Made by a program: the position numbers and the translations under genes. From positions 1 to 60,203 of the forward strand of contig CAYNYI010000003.1 in the NCBI GenBank assembly GCA_964401455.1: a stretch of 60,203 nucleotides of DNA. The letters are read 5' to 3'. Below, piece after piece: positions 1 to 10,024 of this stretch; position 1 is the stretch's first letter, and the number at the start of each line of letters is the position of its first letter. The notes beneath the pieces were generated by a model that had not been told where the DNA came from, did not search any database, and worked only from the letters and a program-made list of their open reading frames with translations. This DNA is from an uncultured Fibrobacterota bacterium. Its GTDB lineage: Bacteria > Fibrobacterota > OXYB2-FULL-49-7 > CAYNYI01.

Positions 1-742
1 CCTCCGATATCCAGTTAATTATTTCATAAATTTCGGATATATCCGAGGGCAGAACAAGATGCCTTATCAGTAGGCCTCTCACGGCGTTCGAATCCGTATC
101 AAGCTTCAGCGGACCCGTTTGTCTGTACATTTCTATTACTGTTTCCCGGTTCTTTTTTGGATAATCTGAAACTCCTGAATAAATCTTGGAATTATTAGAT
201 GACCAATACTTCATGTCCGGAAGATAGATATCAATAATCCCTTCCAGCAGTTTCAGTACTTCGGTATTTTCATACCCGCCGGAATTATATATAAGAGGAA
301 TGACGAGACCTTCACGAGAGGCAAACCGCACCGCTTTGAGAATCCATGGAATAAAATGCGCAGGAGTAACAAGATTGATATTATGACACCCGGCTTTCTG
401 CATGTTCAGCATTTTTTCTGCCAGCTTGCCCGTGGAAATATTCCTTCCTTTTCCCCTGTTAGAAATCACATAGTTCTGACAAAAAACACAGGACAAAGTA
501 CAGTGACTGAAAAAGACAGTCCCTGAACCAGCTTTACCGGATATCGGCGGTTCTTCACCGAAATGCGGAAAAACAGAAGAAATCTTTAAACCGTTCCCGG
601 CTCCGCAAACCCCTTTTTGACCTTTAACACGGTTCACCCCGCATTCACGCGGGCAAAGCCTGCACGAGGAAGCTGATCTGAAGGCCTCCTTGATACGGCA
701 ATCCCACTCACTGTCAGAAAAGTCTTTGTATGAACCCGCCAT
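1..742 (-). CDS. Radical SAM protein, PflX-like (putative activating enzyme family); C-terminus runs off the window
   Basis: My own translation from the ATG at 742-740 (RBS AGGGAG upstream) is open to position 1. It gives MAGSYKDF...CRLCPRECGVNRVKGQKGVCGAG...HFGEEPPISGKAGSGTVFFSHCTLSCVFCQNY. CTLSCVFC is a CX3CX2C radical SAM cluster motif, and the N-terminal CxxCxxxC is typical of the PflX-like group. It is absent from the ORF track because it has no stop inside the window. Confidence 0.8.
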   Translation of the reverse strand, partial: MAGSYKDFSDSEWDCRIKEAFRSASSCRLCPRECGVNRVKGQKGVCGAGNGLKISSVFPHFGEEPPISGKAGSGTVFFSHCTLSCVFCQNYVISNRGKGRNISTGKLAEKMLNMQKAGCHNINLVTPAHFIPWILKAVRFASREGLVIPLIYNSGGYENTEVLKLLEGIIDIYLPDMKYWSSNNSKIYSGVSDYPKKNRETVIEMYRQTGPLKLDTDSNAVRGLLIRHLVLPSDISEIYEIINWISE

Positions 743-809
743 TACTCCCTGCTGTCCAGTAAAAACCAATAGAAATATAGAACTTTACAGGTAACTTTTT
801 GTAGATCTT

Positions 810-1079
810 TCAAATAAGCAGAGAATCACCTTCAATAATATAATCCTCTATTTCATTTTCGTCATTGAAGGATTTAAATGGAACAAGGCATTCGGCAATT
901 TGCCCGTCAGCGAAAATCCTGAAATTACTGAGAAGCCTGAGCGGCAAAACATCAATCCGGTAAGTTTCTGAAAAATCAAGAATGCTGTCGGAAGCTTTTT
1001 CGGCTATAGCATTTATAATCGAGCGGAACCCGACAATATCCCTCCTGCCGATCTCAGGAAATACCTTATAGACTCCCAC
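810..1079 (-). CDS. Hypothetical small protein (89 aa) with an acidic C-terminal tail
   Basis: Intact ORF on the same strand, 67 nt upstream of the radical SAM gene. No motif recognised. Confidence 0.4.
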   Translation of the reverse strand: MGVYKVFPEIGRRDIVGFRSIINAIAEKASDSILDFSETYRIDVLPLRLLSNFRIFADGQIAECLVPFKSFNDENEIEDYIIEGDSLLI

Positions 1080-1232
1080 ATAAGCAATTTACTTATATTT
1101 AGCCCTTATTTTGTTCTCTTTTTAAACCCGGTTCGCAGCCTCTTTATTAAAATCGCAATGAATATTCCGCGCCCCCCCACACACACCCGCGATCCCACAG
1201 ACAATGACCTCCCAAACTTAGTCCGTTTACTC

Positions 1233-1261
1233 TTGACAAATCTTCAGGGACTATTTATGTT
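1233..1261 (+). promoter_or_regulatory. Candidate sigma70-type promoter for rnhC
   Basis: TTGACA (1233-1238), a 17-nt spacer, then TATGTT (1256-1261), about 40 nt upstream of the ATG at 1301. Confidence 0.3.
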
Positions 1262-1300
1262 ATTTCTTGTTCGGAACAATTACTATGGTGAGAACACAAT

Positions 1301-2233
1301 ATGTTGAAATCTCTTAACGGAAAAAAGACCCCTTTAAAACATGCTGAGGCTCTCAGGCTTTCAGAAAAGCTCGCATTGGAGAGCCGATTATCTTCTATTC
1401 CGGAACAATGGACTGAATTCGCCTTCAGATATGATAATGGTAAAGAAAAATTTAAAATCAAATATTACCCTAAAAAATCGGTCCTTGTTTTCGATGGAAA
1501 AGGCGGCGAATTCTATAATTCCATAGTTGAAAAATATCCGGAATTAAAAGCAGAAGAAGCAGAGCGGCTGACGGAGAAAAAATATAATCTTAAATATCCA
1601 TGCGCCGGTACGGATGAATCGGGAAAAGGCGATTATTTCGGTCCCCTTTGCACTGCCGGAGTCATGTTAAGAGAGGACCAGGCGGAAATTTTATATAAAG
1701 CGGGAATAGTGGACAGCAAACTTATAAATTCAAGGCGCGGTATAACAGAAGCAGCCACGATGATAAAAAAAACAGTCGATTCCGCTCATATAGTAATAAG
1801 TATGCTCGTCCCCAAAGATTATAACCGGCGCTATGAAAAGATCCGGAACCTCAATACTCTTCTTGCAGAAGAGCATGGGAACTGCTTCCGTACGCTCTTA
1901 AAAACAGAAAAACCCGCTTTTTGCATCGCGGATAAATTCGCGGCCGAAGAAGTTATAAACAGATTCACCTCTGATTTACAGGTGAATATTTTTCAAGAGA
2001 CAAAAGCCGAAAAATATACCGCTGTGGCGGCGGCAAGCATACTCGCAAGAGAAGCGTGTCTCGAATGGTTCAAAGAGACGGAGTCTTCCGACGGGCTTCA
2101 ACTTCAGCGGGGAGCATCATCTCCCCTGATTAAAAAGACAGCGCGCAAAATTTACGCAGCCGGTGGGACTACCATGCTCGCGAAATATGCCAAACTGCAT
2201 TTCAGCATTACGCCCCGGATTTCTCAGGTTTAA
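1301..2233 (+). CDS. rnhC: Ribonuclease HIII
   Basis: 310 aa. It has the RNase HII/HIII catalytic motif GTDESGKGDYFGPL preceded by a ~90-aa N-terminal substrate-binding-type domain, which is the size and architecture of RNase HIII. Confidence 0.85.
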   Translation: MLKSLNGKKTPLKHAEALRLSEKLALESRLSSIPEQWTEFAFRYDNGKEKFKIKYYPKKSVLVFDGKGGEFYNSIVEKYPELKAEEAERLTEKKYNLKYPCAGTDESGKGDYFGPLCTAGVMLREDQAEILYKAGIVDSKLINSRRGITEAATMIKKTVDSAHIVISMLVPKDYNRRYEKIRNLNTLLAEEHGNCFRTLLKTEKPAFCIADKFAAEEVINRFTSDLQVNIFQETKAEKYTAVAAASILAREACLEWFKETESSDGLQLQRGASSPLIKKTARKIYAAGGTTMLAKYAKLHFSITPRISQV

Positions 2234-4728
2234 TAGTCTCCCTCATCATCGACATCTTCGAATTTCTCCGGTTCAACCCCCCATATCCCGTCGGCATATT
2301 CTTTTATAGTACGATCGCTTGAAAACTTTCCGGATCCGGCAACATTCATAATAGATGAAGCCGCCCACCCTGATTTGTCGGCGTACCGTTTTTCAGCCTC
2401 TTTCTGGGCGTTTAGATAAGAATTAAAATCGGCCGCTATGAAATACCTGTCTTCTTTGTAAATACTGTCAATCAGGCTTTTGAAAAGACCGGGTTTCTCC
2501 GGATTAAAGAAGTTGGTATTTATAAGTTCCAGCACCTGTTTAAGCTCAGGGGATTTATCAATATATTCGCCGGGATTATAATTACCCCTCATTTCTTCAA
2601 TTTCTTCGGAAGTCTTTCCAAAAATGAAGATATGATCATCCCCTACTTCTTCTTTTATCTCAATATTCGCGCCGTCGAGTGTTCCGATAGTCAACGCCCC
2701 GTTAAGAGCGAATTTCATGTTTCCGGTTCCCGATGCTTCGAGACCGGCTGTGGATATCTGCTCCGAAAGATCTGATGCCGGAAAAATCTTCTCGGCGAGA
2801 GACACCCTGTAATTTTCCAGAAAGAAAACTTTAAGAATATCATTCGTCTCGGAATCATTGTTTATGACTTCCGCGACCGAATTAATAAACTTGATAATAA
2901 GCTTGGCCGTCGCATATCCGGGTGCGGATTTACCCGCGAAAAATATGGTTCTCGGAACAATTGAATCCCGGCCATTTTTCTTTATCCTGCTGTATAGGAC
3001 AAGAGCATGAAGAGCGCACATTAACTGCCTTTTATACTCATGCATCCTTTTTATCTGAACATCAAACATTGAATCCGGATTAACATCAAAATCAAATGCT
3101 TCCTTAAGATAAGCTGAAAACTCACGCTTATTTTCACGCTTTACGCCCATCCACAGTTTTTGATATTCAGGATTTTTCGAAAAATCCGAGAGCTTTCTCA
3201 AATCGCTGAGATCAAGAATCCAGTTATCTCCGATTTTTGACTCAATCAGCTTCGAAAGTCGCGGATTGGCCTTACGAAGCCAGCGTCTGGGGGTTATTCC
3301 GTTTGTTTTATTGTTAAATTTCTCGGGCCAAAGCTCATAGAATTCTCTAAATACATACTTCTTGAGAATCTCCGAATGCAGGGCAGCCACACCGTTTACA
3401 GAATGCGATCCTATTATGGCAAGGTACGACATCCTTATCATGGGGTCAGCGCCTTCTTCAATGAGGGACATGTGTCTCAGCTTGCCTACATCTCCGGGAT
3501 ATTTGTTGGCGACCTGACGAAGGAAAATTTTGTTGATCTCATAAATTATTTCCATATGCCTGGGAAACATCTTAGAGAAAAGCGAAACCGGCCATTTTTC
3601 CAGGGCCTCAGGAAGTATAGTATGATTAGTGTAAGCCAAAGTCTTTGTTGTAATTTCCCATGCCTTTTCCCAGTTAAGTCCTCTCTGGTCATGAAGTATA
3701 TGCATAAATTCCGCTACGGCTATTGAAGGATGAGTATCGTTCAACTGAATCGCGATTTTTTCCGGAAGTTTTTCGATGTCCGGGTTATGGATAAGAAAAC
3801 GCCTGATAATATCCTGTATGGATGCAGAAACAAAAAAGTACTGCTGTTTAAGACGAAGCTCCTTCCCCTCCTGAACCATATCATTCGGATAAAGCACTTT
3901 CGAGATAACCTCTGTCCTTACTTTCGACTCACAGGCTTCCATGTAATTTCCATGGTTGAAATAGTCCAGTTTAAATTCTTTAGTTGCGCGAGCCGACCAG
4001 AGCCTGAGGTTATTAACGGTATTATTTTTATATCCGGGAATCGGAGTGTCATACGGAAGCGCGATAATATCTTCGGTGTCCACCCACCTAAATCTTTTTC
4101 TTCCTGAAGGATCGTTATACTGCTCGCTTCTGCCGTAGAATTTGATTGTCATTGATGACTCCGGCCTCGGGAGCTCCCAGGGGTTTCCGTTTCTGAGCCA
4201 TTCATCGGGATATTCGACCTGATAACCGTCAACTATTTTCTGACGGAAAATTCCATAATCATACCTAATGCCGTAACCGTGAGCCGGAATTCCGAGTGTG
4301 GCCATGGAATCAAGGAAACAGGCGGCCAGCCTTCCAAGACCTCCGTTTCCGAGCCCGGCATCGTATTCTTCCTCACGTATTTCCTCTAAATCGAGCCCAA
4401 GCTCCTGAAGCGCTTCGGCGCATTCATTAAAAATACCGAGATTAATAAGACTGTTCCCAAGAGAACGGCCGATCAGGAATTCCATTGAAAGATAATAGAC
4501 TCTTTTTACATTCTTTTTATGATATTCCCGCTGAGTATGCAGCCATCTGTCAACCATTCGATCCATTACGGTATTGGCAATGCTGAGATATCGGTCATAA
4601 TCGGTAGCGGAATATTTGTCCTTGGCCTGGCGATATTTGAGATTGTTTCGAAAAGACATCTTAACCGCTTCCGCAGTCATACCTTTGTATATCTCGTCCT
4701 GGACTTTCCTGACTTTTTCTCTTGACAT
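2230..4728 (-). CDS. glgP: Glycogen/maltodextrin phosphorylase
   Basis: 832 aa with the pyridoxal-phosphate site signature EASGTGNMKFALNGALTIGTLDGANIE and the N-terminal GLGNGGLGRLAACFLDS motif. Confidence 0.95.
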   Translation of the reverse strand: MSREKVRKVQDEIYKGMTAEAVKMSFRNNLKYRQAKDKYSATDYDRYLSIANTVMDRMVDRWLHTQREYHKKNVKRVYYLSMEFLIGRSLGNSLINLGIFNECAEALQELGLDLEEIREEEYDAGLGNGGLGRLAACFLDSMATLGIPAHGYGIRYDYGIFRQKIVDGYQVEYPDEWLRNGNPWELPRPESSMTIKFYGRSEQYNDPSGRKRFRWVDTEDIIALPYDTPIPGYKNNTVNNLRLWSARATKEFKLDYFNHGNYMEACESKVRTEVISKVLYPNDMVQEGKELRLKQQYFFVSASIQDIIRRFLIHNPDIEKLPEKIAIQLNDTHPSIAVAEFMHILHDQRGLNWEKAWEITTKTLAYTNHTILPEALEKWPVSLFSKMFPRHMEIIYEINKIFLRQVANKYPGDVGKLRHMSLIEEGADPMIRMSYLAIIGSHSVNGVAALHSEILKKYVFREFYELWPEKFNNKTNGITPRRWLRKANPRLSKLIESKIGDNWILDLSDLRKLSDFSKNPEYQKLWMGVKRENKREFSAYLKEAFDFDVNPDSMFDVQIKRMHEYKRQLMCALHALVLYSRIKKNGRDSIVPRTIFFAGKSAPGYATAKLIIKFINSVAEVINNDSETNDILKVFFLENYRVSLAEKIFPASDLSEQISTAGLEASGTGNMKFALNGALTIGTLDGANIEIKEEVGDDHIFIFGKTSEEIEEMRGNYNPGEYIDKSPELKQVLELINTNFFNPEKPGLFKSLIDSIYKEDRYFIAADFNSYLNAQKEAEKRYADKSGWAASSIMNVAGSGKFSSDRTIKEYADGIWGVEPEKFEDVDDEGDY

Positions 4729-4854
4729 TATCTCTCCTTTTTTATCTCTTATTTATATTTATCTAAGCTCCGGAATAGTAATTATAAATTCTTTTAATGG
4801 GAATAAGGAAGAATTTTAATTAAGTCCTAAAAAATACGCAGGGGGAAACCCGTT

Positions 4855-5901
4855 TCACCCCAAAATTACCGCGCCGGCAACCACTCTGCCGCCTTCATAG
4901 AGGACCGCGGACTGCCCCGGCGTAACCGGTCCACATCCCTCCGGGACGGCGAGTTTCATACCTCCGGAAGAGAACTCTATTATTTCCGCCTTTACAACCG
5001 GAGCTCTATACCTGATGCAAAGACCATACTCTTCACCTTTTTCCGGGCATTTTCCGGTATAATTGACCGGACCTGTGGAAAGCCTTTTTTTAAGCAAGTC
5101 TTCCCGCTTACCGATTTCAATGCGGTTTGAAGACGGCTGTACTCCCGTAACAAACATGCGCTCTCCAAAAGCTCCAAGCCCCTTACGCTGTCCGACAGTA
5201 TAATTTATTATACCGGAATGTTCTCCTACTTTTAAACCGGTATCGTCTACAATATCCCCCGGGATTGACTTAATACCTTCATGCCTCAGAAATTCGCGAT
5301 AATCTCCACCCGGTATAAAGCAGATATCCTGACTCTCCGAAGGTTTTTCCTCTTTTATACCTGAAGACAGGACTTCTTTAAGCGCTTCTTCCTTATACAT
5401 TTCACCAAGCGGAAAAAGCGTCTTGATAAGCGAAGATCTTTTAACAGAATTTAGAAAATAGGATTGGTCCTTTTCCGGATCGAGCCCCCTGTAAAGCCGG
5501 CCGTCAATGACCCTTGCATAGTGACCGGTTGCCATATACGGAAAACCGGACTCTGACGCGGCTTTTAAAAACAATCCGAATTTGATATCCCGATTACATA
5601 AAACACAGGGGTTTGGGGTACGTCCGGCAAGGTAGCCTTCAATAAAACTGTCCATTATTAATTTTCTGAATTCTTTTCTGTAATCGCGGCAACGATGCTT
5701 AATACCAAGCCTGAGGCAAACCTCGGCCGCGGAACGCACAGCCTCTTCTCCTGTCTTAAGGCCCTTTGCTTCGCCGTCGTGAAGCAGCATGGTGAGCCCC
5801 TCGACTTCCAGCCCCTGCCTCTGAAGAAGGAGTGCGGCAGCGGATGAATCAGTACCTCCGCTCATAGCGACCATTACTTTGCGGCTGTCTGCGGTTTTCA
5901 T
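4855..5901 (-). CDS. mnmA: tRNA 2-thiouridine(34) synthase
   Basis: 348 aa with the PP-loop VAMSGGTDSSAAA, a conserved NPCVLCN cysteine region and DQSYFL. Confidence 0.95.
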   Translation of the reverse strand: MKTADSRKVMVAMSGGTDSSAAALLLQRQGLEVEGLTMLLHDGEAKGLKTGEEAVRSAAEVCLRLGIKHRCRDYRKEFRKLIMDSFIEGYLAGRTPNPCVLCNRDIKFGLFLKAASESGFPYMATGHYARVIDGRLYRGLDPEKDQSYFLNSVKRSSLIKTLFPLGEMYKEEALKEVLSSGIKEEKPSESQDICFIPGGDYREFLRHEGIKSIPGDIVDDTGLKVGEHSGIINYTVGQRKGLGAFGERMFVTGVQPSSNRIEIGKREDLLKKRLSTGPVNYTGKCPEKGEEYGLCIRYRAPVVKAEIIEFSSGGMKLAVPEGCGPVTPGQSAVLYEGGRVVAGAVILG

Positions 5902-5906
5902 TTTTT

Positions 5907-7529
5907 TTAGAATCGGTAACGGTTGGTAATAGGCATGCGCCGGTCTTTTCCAAAGGCGATGGGAGTGATTTTAATACCCGGAGGAGCCTGACGTCTTTTA
6001 TACTCGTTTTGATAAATCAGCGATAATACTTCACGTACCGTTTTCTCCGGTATTCCTGTATCCACAATGGCTCTTCCGTCCATTTCTTTCTCAATAAAAC
6101 AATCAATAATCCGGTCCAGAACATCATAAGGGGGTAAACTGTCACTGTCTTTTTGATTTTCGCTGAGTTCGGCGCTCGGCGGACGCTTAATAATTCCGGA
6201 AGGAATAATATTTCTTTTGTTAATACGGTTAATATACGAAGCCAAGCGATAAACAAGTGTCTTGGGAACATCTTTAAGAGGAGCAAAACCGCCGGCCATA
6301 TCTCCGTAAAGTGTGCAGTAACCGACAGAAGTCTCACTTTTATTTCCGGTTGTAAGAACAATGTCGCCAAACTTGTTTGAATATGTCATAAGGACAGTCC
6401 CTCTTATTCGCGCCTGCAGATTTTCTTCAGCGGTATCTTCCGGCATACCCGAGAAATCCGGTTTCATGAGTTTTTTAAAAATATCATAAACTTCCTGAAC
6501 CGGAACTTCCCGAAACCATACTCCAAGATTTGAAGCGAGCTTTTCCGCGTCAGACTTTGTCCCTTCGGAAGAATAAACGGTCGGCATGGAAATGCATTTA
6601 ACATTCTTCGACCCAAGTGATGCGGCGGCTAAAGCGGCAGCCACAGCGGAATCGATTCCTCCGGACAATCCTATTACGGCGCTTCTGAAGCCGTTTTTTT
6701 CTATATAATCACGAATTCCCAAAACCAAAGCATTGTAAACTTCAGCCGTGGGGCCCATATTATTTTTGCTTCGAGAGATTTTTACCGGCTTTATACCCCC
6801 GCTCTTTTTAATATCAGTGATCAGCATATCCTCTTGAAACCGGGCTGCTTCGGCCTGCAGTTTTCCCTCACCGGAAAAAACCATGCTTCCACCATCAAAA
6901 ACCAACTCATCCTGCCCCCCTACAAGGTTACAGTAAAGAACCGGCGCGGAGCATTTCAGGGCTGTATTCCTCAGGACCTTCTTCCTTTGGCTGATTTTAC
7001 CGGCATGAAACGGAGAAGCAGAAATATTTACTAGAAAGGATATCTTTTCTTTGAGAAGGGATTCAACCTGGTGGTTCCTGTCCCAGATATCTTCGCATAC
7101 GCTTATCCCGACAATGCCGCCGTTAACAGGTACTATACCATAGACGGAACCGGGTTCGAAATATCTCTTCTCATCAAATACCGAATAATTGGGAAGAGCT
7201 ATCTTTTTGTATTCATGTACTATTTTTCCGCCTCGGAGAACAGCGCATATATTATAGACTTTTCCGTTATTAAAAACCGGACAACCCAGAAAGACTGTTA
7301 TACCTCCAACTGCCGCGGCAGCGGCTTCCCTGAGCGATTCTTCACAGTTTCGAAGAAAACCCCTGCGCATAAGCAGGTCTTCGGGAGGATAACCTGAAAT
7401 CGCCAGTTCAGGAAAGACTGCCACTTCACAGGACTGACTGCGCGCATTTTTAATACATTTTTGTATTTTCGACAAATTGCCCGGCAAATCACCGACAACA
7501 GTATTTATCTGACAAAGAGCGGTTCTCAA
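5907..7529 (-). CDS. nadE: Glutamine-dependent NAD+ synthetase
   Basis: 540 aa. An N-terminal CN-hydrolase domain (FPELAISGYPPED, ICEDIW) is followed by a C-terminal synthetase domain with the PP-loop GLSGGIDSAV. Confidence 0.95.
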   Translation of the reverse strand: MRTALCQINTVVGDLPGNLSKIQKCIKNARSQSCEVAVFPELAISGYPPEDLLMRRGFLRNCEESLREAAAAAVGGITVFLGCPVFNNGKVYNICAVLRGGKIVHEYKKIALPNYSVFDEKRYFEPGSVYGIVPVNGGIVGISVCEDIWDRNHQVESLLKEKISFLVNISASPFHAGKISQRKKVLRNTALKCSAPVLYCNLVGGQDELVFDGGSMVFSGEGKLQAEAARFQEDMLITDIKKSGGIKPVKISRSKNNMGPTAEVYNALVLGIRDYIEKNGFRSAVIGLSGGIDSAVAAALAAASLGSKNVKCISMPTVYSSEGTKSDAEKLASNLGVWFREVPVQEVYDIFKKLMKPDFSGMPEDTAEENLQARIRGTVLMTYSNKFGDIVLTTGNKSETSVGYCTLYGDMAGGFAPLKDVPKTLVYRLASYINRINKRNIIPSGIIKRPPSAELSENQKDSDSLPPYDVLDRIIDCFIEKEMDGRAIVDTGIPEKTVREVLSLIYQNEYKRRQAPPGIKITPIAFGKDRRMPITNRYRF

Positions 7530-7807
7530 ATATCCTCTTTCCCCCTGCCGGAATTATTTTCGCGGATTTTATTCATATAGTTCTTTTTATCATCAAGCTT
7601 TTCTTTGCGAAAAGCCTCAAGCAGGGCCTTTTTCCGGTTTATAATATTACGGGCTCCGGCATAATCCCCTTTTTTCATCATTTCATCTATCTCAGCATCA
7701 AGCTTCTCAATTTCATTTGAAATTGAGTCCGGAACTTCATCTTCCGCAAAAAGGCTCAGCTGTCGGTCGGTATCAATCCCGCTGATCGAATTTTTTGACT
7801 TTTTCAT
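7526..7807 (-). CDS. Hypothetical small charged or coiled-coil protein (93 aa)
   Basis: Intact ORF whose stop overlaps the nadE start by 4 nt. No motif recognised. Confidence 0.45.
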   Translation of the reverse strand: MKKSKNSISGIDTDRQLSLFAEDEVPDSISNEIEKLDAEIDEMMKKGDYAGARNIINRKKALLEAFRKEKLDDKKNYMNKIRENNSGRGKEDI

Positions 7808-8150
7808 CTTTTTCGATAAACCTTTTTAATATATCAGGAACAATATCGATAATCTTGCTCAAATTCACATCTTTTTCGGTAACCGGCATAACCTGCGCTT
7901 TTCCATCGGGCCCGACCACTATAAAAGCAATCGGTTCTATAACCGCTCCTCCGCCGGTGGCACTTCCGCCTGAGGGAGCTTCTTTGGCTGAATTATCTCC
8001 TCCTCCCGCACCAAAACCGAAGGAGACTTTCGTAACCGGAATAATCGTTGATTCTCCTGCTTTTACAGGCTGGCCCACAACCGTTTCGGTCCCGGCCATA
8101 TTTTTGATTTGTTCAAGAACATTCTTTACAATTTCACTGACCTCCGCCAT
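7773..8150 (-). CDS. GerW/YtfJ-family protein (Spore_YtfJ-like)
   Basis: Family-typical ESTIIPVTKVSFGFGAGGG ... GGGAVIEPIAFIVV pattern. I chose the start at MAEVSEIV (8150), which has a GGGGA RBS and directly abuts the stop of the upstream gene. The track ORF extends to 8240. Confidence 0.7.
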   Translation of the reverse strand: MAEVSEIVKNVLEQIKNMAGTETVVGQPVKAGESTIIPVTKVSFGFGAGGGDNSAKEAPSGGSATGGGAVIEPIAFIVVGPDGKAQVMPVTEKDVNLSKIIDIVPDILKRFIEKDEKVKKFDQRD

Positions 8151-8151
8151 A

Positions 8152-8628
8152 TTATTCCCCGCTTTCCTTGTGTTTATCCTCCGGACATTCCCCAAGTCCG
8201 TAATATGATTTATCAAGACCTTCCGAATCACAGAATTCAATTAGATCAATCCTTAGAAGTCTGTAACAAAACGCGCTGATAAGCGCATCATCAATATATC
8301 CGACAATTGGAAAATAATCCGGAATGATATCGAGTGGATTCAGAATATAAAGAAGAGCGGCACCAAGGGCCGCGGCGGAACGCCCCGGCAGATGATAATG
8401 CCCCTCTTTCCATGCCGCAAACATTTTCCAGAGAAGATCGGTCTGCCTTACGAGCTTACCTATTTGAGGATTATCGGCCGCAGCTTCTTTAAGTGTAATC
8501 AGCTTCCGTCCAAAATTTTCATATATACGCCGAAAATCTTCGCGTGAAATGCCTTCCCGCATTTTCTCGTAAAAACCAAGAACCCGCCTGCGCAAACCCT
8601 CATTCATGCTTTTTCCGGGATTTTTCAT
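8152..8628 (-). CDS. DUF1232 (YkvA-like) membrane protein
   Basis: LNPLDIIPDYFPIVGYIDDALI is the hallmark DUF1232 motif. Confidence 0.75.
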   Translation of the reverse strand: MKNPGKSMNEGLRRRVLGFYEKMREGISREDFRRIYENFGRKLITLKEAAADNPQIGKLVRQTDLLWKMFAAWKEGHYHLPGRSAAALGAALLYILNPLDIIPDYFPIVGYIDDALISAFCYRLLRIDLIEFCDSEGLDKSYYGLGECPEDKHKESGE

Positions 8629-8635
8629 AAATTGC

Positions 8636-9946
8636 TCAATTCCGGTTAGAAAAAACTTTATCCGCTCCGACGCCGTCTGTATTCTCTACTAAATATATTA
8701 TAAGCGTTACCAGAGGAAAAAGCCTTTTCGATTTAATAAGTTTTTTTCCCTCGTTCACGGGGTCAACACATGCCCCGCCGTCAGCGAAATATCGATTATA
8801 GAACATCCTCAGAAAAGCCCTGTCGGCAAACGCGGCTTCGCTGATTCCGGCAACTGCAATGGTATATTCCGATTGTGCCAGGGCTTTATAATAATCGTCA
8901 TAACCAAGCGGGTAAATTGCTGCATCTATCCCGGCTTCGGAAAGCACAGAAACAATTTCGTCAGCGATAATAGACGATACCGTATCGGACATTTGAAAAA
9001 TTACAGAACATTCTTCAGGAAGCAAGCCATCAGAAGCGCTTTCAGAGACAGCGGCGGGAAAATCCATATTTCCGCCGACAGTACCGTTACCAAAAATTTT
9101 ATATGGCAGCAGGCCGTATACATCAAGAGACTCCGAAAATAAAGCGTGAAGCCCGCTACTGTGTCTGTTAAGCGCTAAAAAATAATTCTGTTTACGAAAT
9201 TCTTTTATGGTGAAATCGTATTTTCTGCTGCTGCGGAGATAATCCAGATTGTCATAATTATACAATTCGAACGCGTCTATCTTTCCTTTTTTGAGAGAGG
9301 ATATTTTATTATCAATATTCATCTCTTTGAGAATGATTTCCGGCATTGCCGATTTAACTTCTGAAACAAGCCGGATGCCCTCGTCGCTTAAATCTATTAA
9401 ATAATCTCCCCCGGTTACAACCCGTTTTTCCCCCGGGCTGAAATACTGAATCCCGGTAAAAGGATCAAGAAATGCCGCCGGAAAAAAAGGTCCGGGTTCT
9501 ACAAGCTCAATCTCAAGGAGTTCCCGGGATACCGGTATAAAGCCATCAATCGAATAGGAAGATCCTGATTTAACAGAACTGAATCCTTTAACATTTCCGA
9601 AAATAAGCGATGAGTACGATTTATACCACCAGGATTTTTTCTTCCATGATTCTAGAAAAGAGAAAGCATCCGCTTTGCGTCCCCCGGGAAGACGGTAATC
9701 CGGGTTAATCTTCATCCTATACCTTTTCTCGCCGGAAGCAGCGATGGAAAGCGCCCCGTTTTCACCATCCACCGGCGGAGCGAGAAATAGCGCGGCATAT
9801 TCATATGGAATATCAAAACAGAATCCCTCTTTAAAGTACTCAATTCCTCCTAGGTCAAAAGCAGGGGCTATTCTGTAGTTTTTCTGCGCATTGACAAAAA
9901 AACACGTTGAGGCAATAACAACGAGTAATTTAGCTATCAGTCTCAT
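8636..9946 (-). CDS. Secreted hypothetical protein, possibly a degenerate solute-binding (family 5-like) fold
   Basis: N-terminal signal peptide MRLIAKLLVVIASTCFFVNAQ. There is only a weak resemblance to peptide/nickel-type binding proteins, so the functional call is low confidence. Confidence 0.55.
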   Translation of the reverse strand: MRLIAKLLVVIASTCFFVNAQKNYRIAPAFDLGGIEYFKEGFCFDIPYEYAALFLAPPVDGENGALSIAASGEKRYRMKINPDYRLPGGRKADAFSFLESWKKKSWWYKSYSSLIFGNVKGFSSVKSGSSYSIDGFIPVSRELLEIELVEPGPFFPAAFLDPFTGIQYFSPGEKRVVTGGDYLIDLSDEGIRLVSEVKSAMPEIILKEMNIDNKISSLKKGKIDAFELYNYDNLDYLRSSRKYDFTIKEFRKQNYFLALNRHSSGLHALFSESLDVYGLLPYKIFGNGTVGGNMDFPAAVSESASDGLLPEECSVIFQMSDTVSSIIADEIVSVLSEAGIDAAIYPLGYDDYYKALAQSEYTIAVAGISEAAFADRAFLRMFYNRYFADGGACVDPVNEGKKLIKSKRLFPLVTLIIYLVENTDGVGADKVFSNRN

Positions 9947-10024
9947 TTTAGAAAATCCGGTGATTTACTCAATCATTTAATTCTTTTGAAACACGCATAC
10001 TCTAATATATATTTTTAAATTCAG

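Noticed and set aside
86-95. GTTCGAATCC, a tRNA T-arm-like decamer
   Set aside because: It lies inside the well-supported radical SAM reading frame. No acceptor or anticodon stems can be drawn around it.
3376-4107. Antisense ORFs inside conserved genes, here within glgP. Similar cases are 7795..8208, 14766..15176, 17348..17998, 23475..24095, 42533..43333, 48104..49102, 50572..51313, 51341..51802, 53166..53664 and 54740..55207.
   Set aside because: These are shadow ORFs opposite strongly conserved coding sequences. Their translations are low-complexity and show no motifs.
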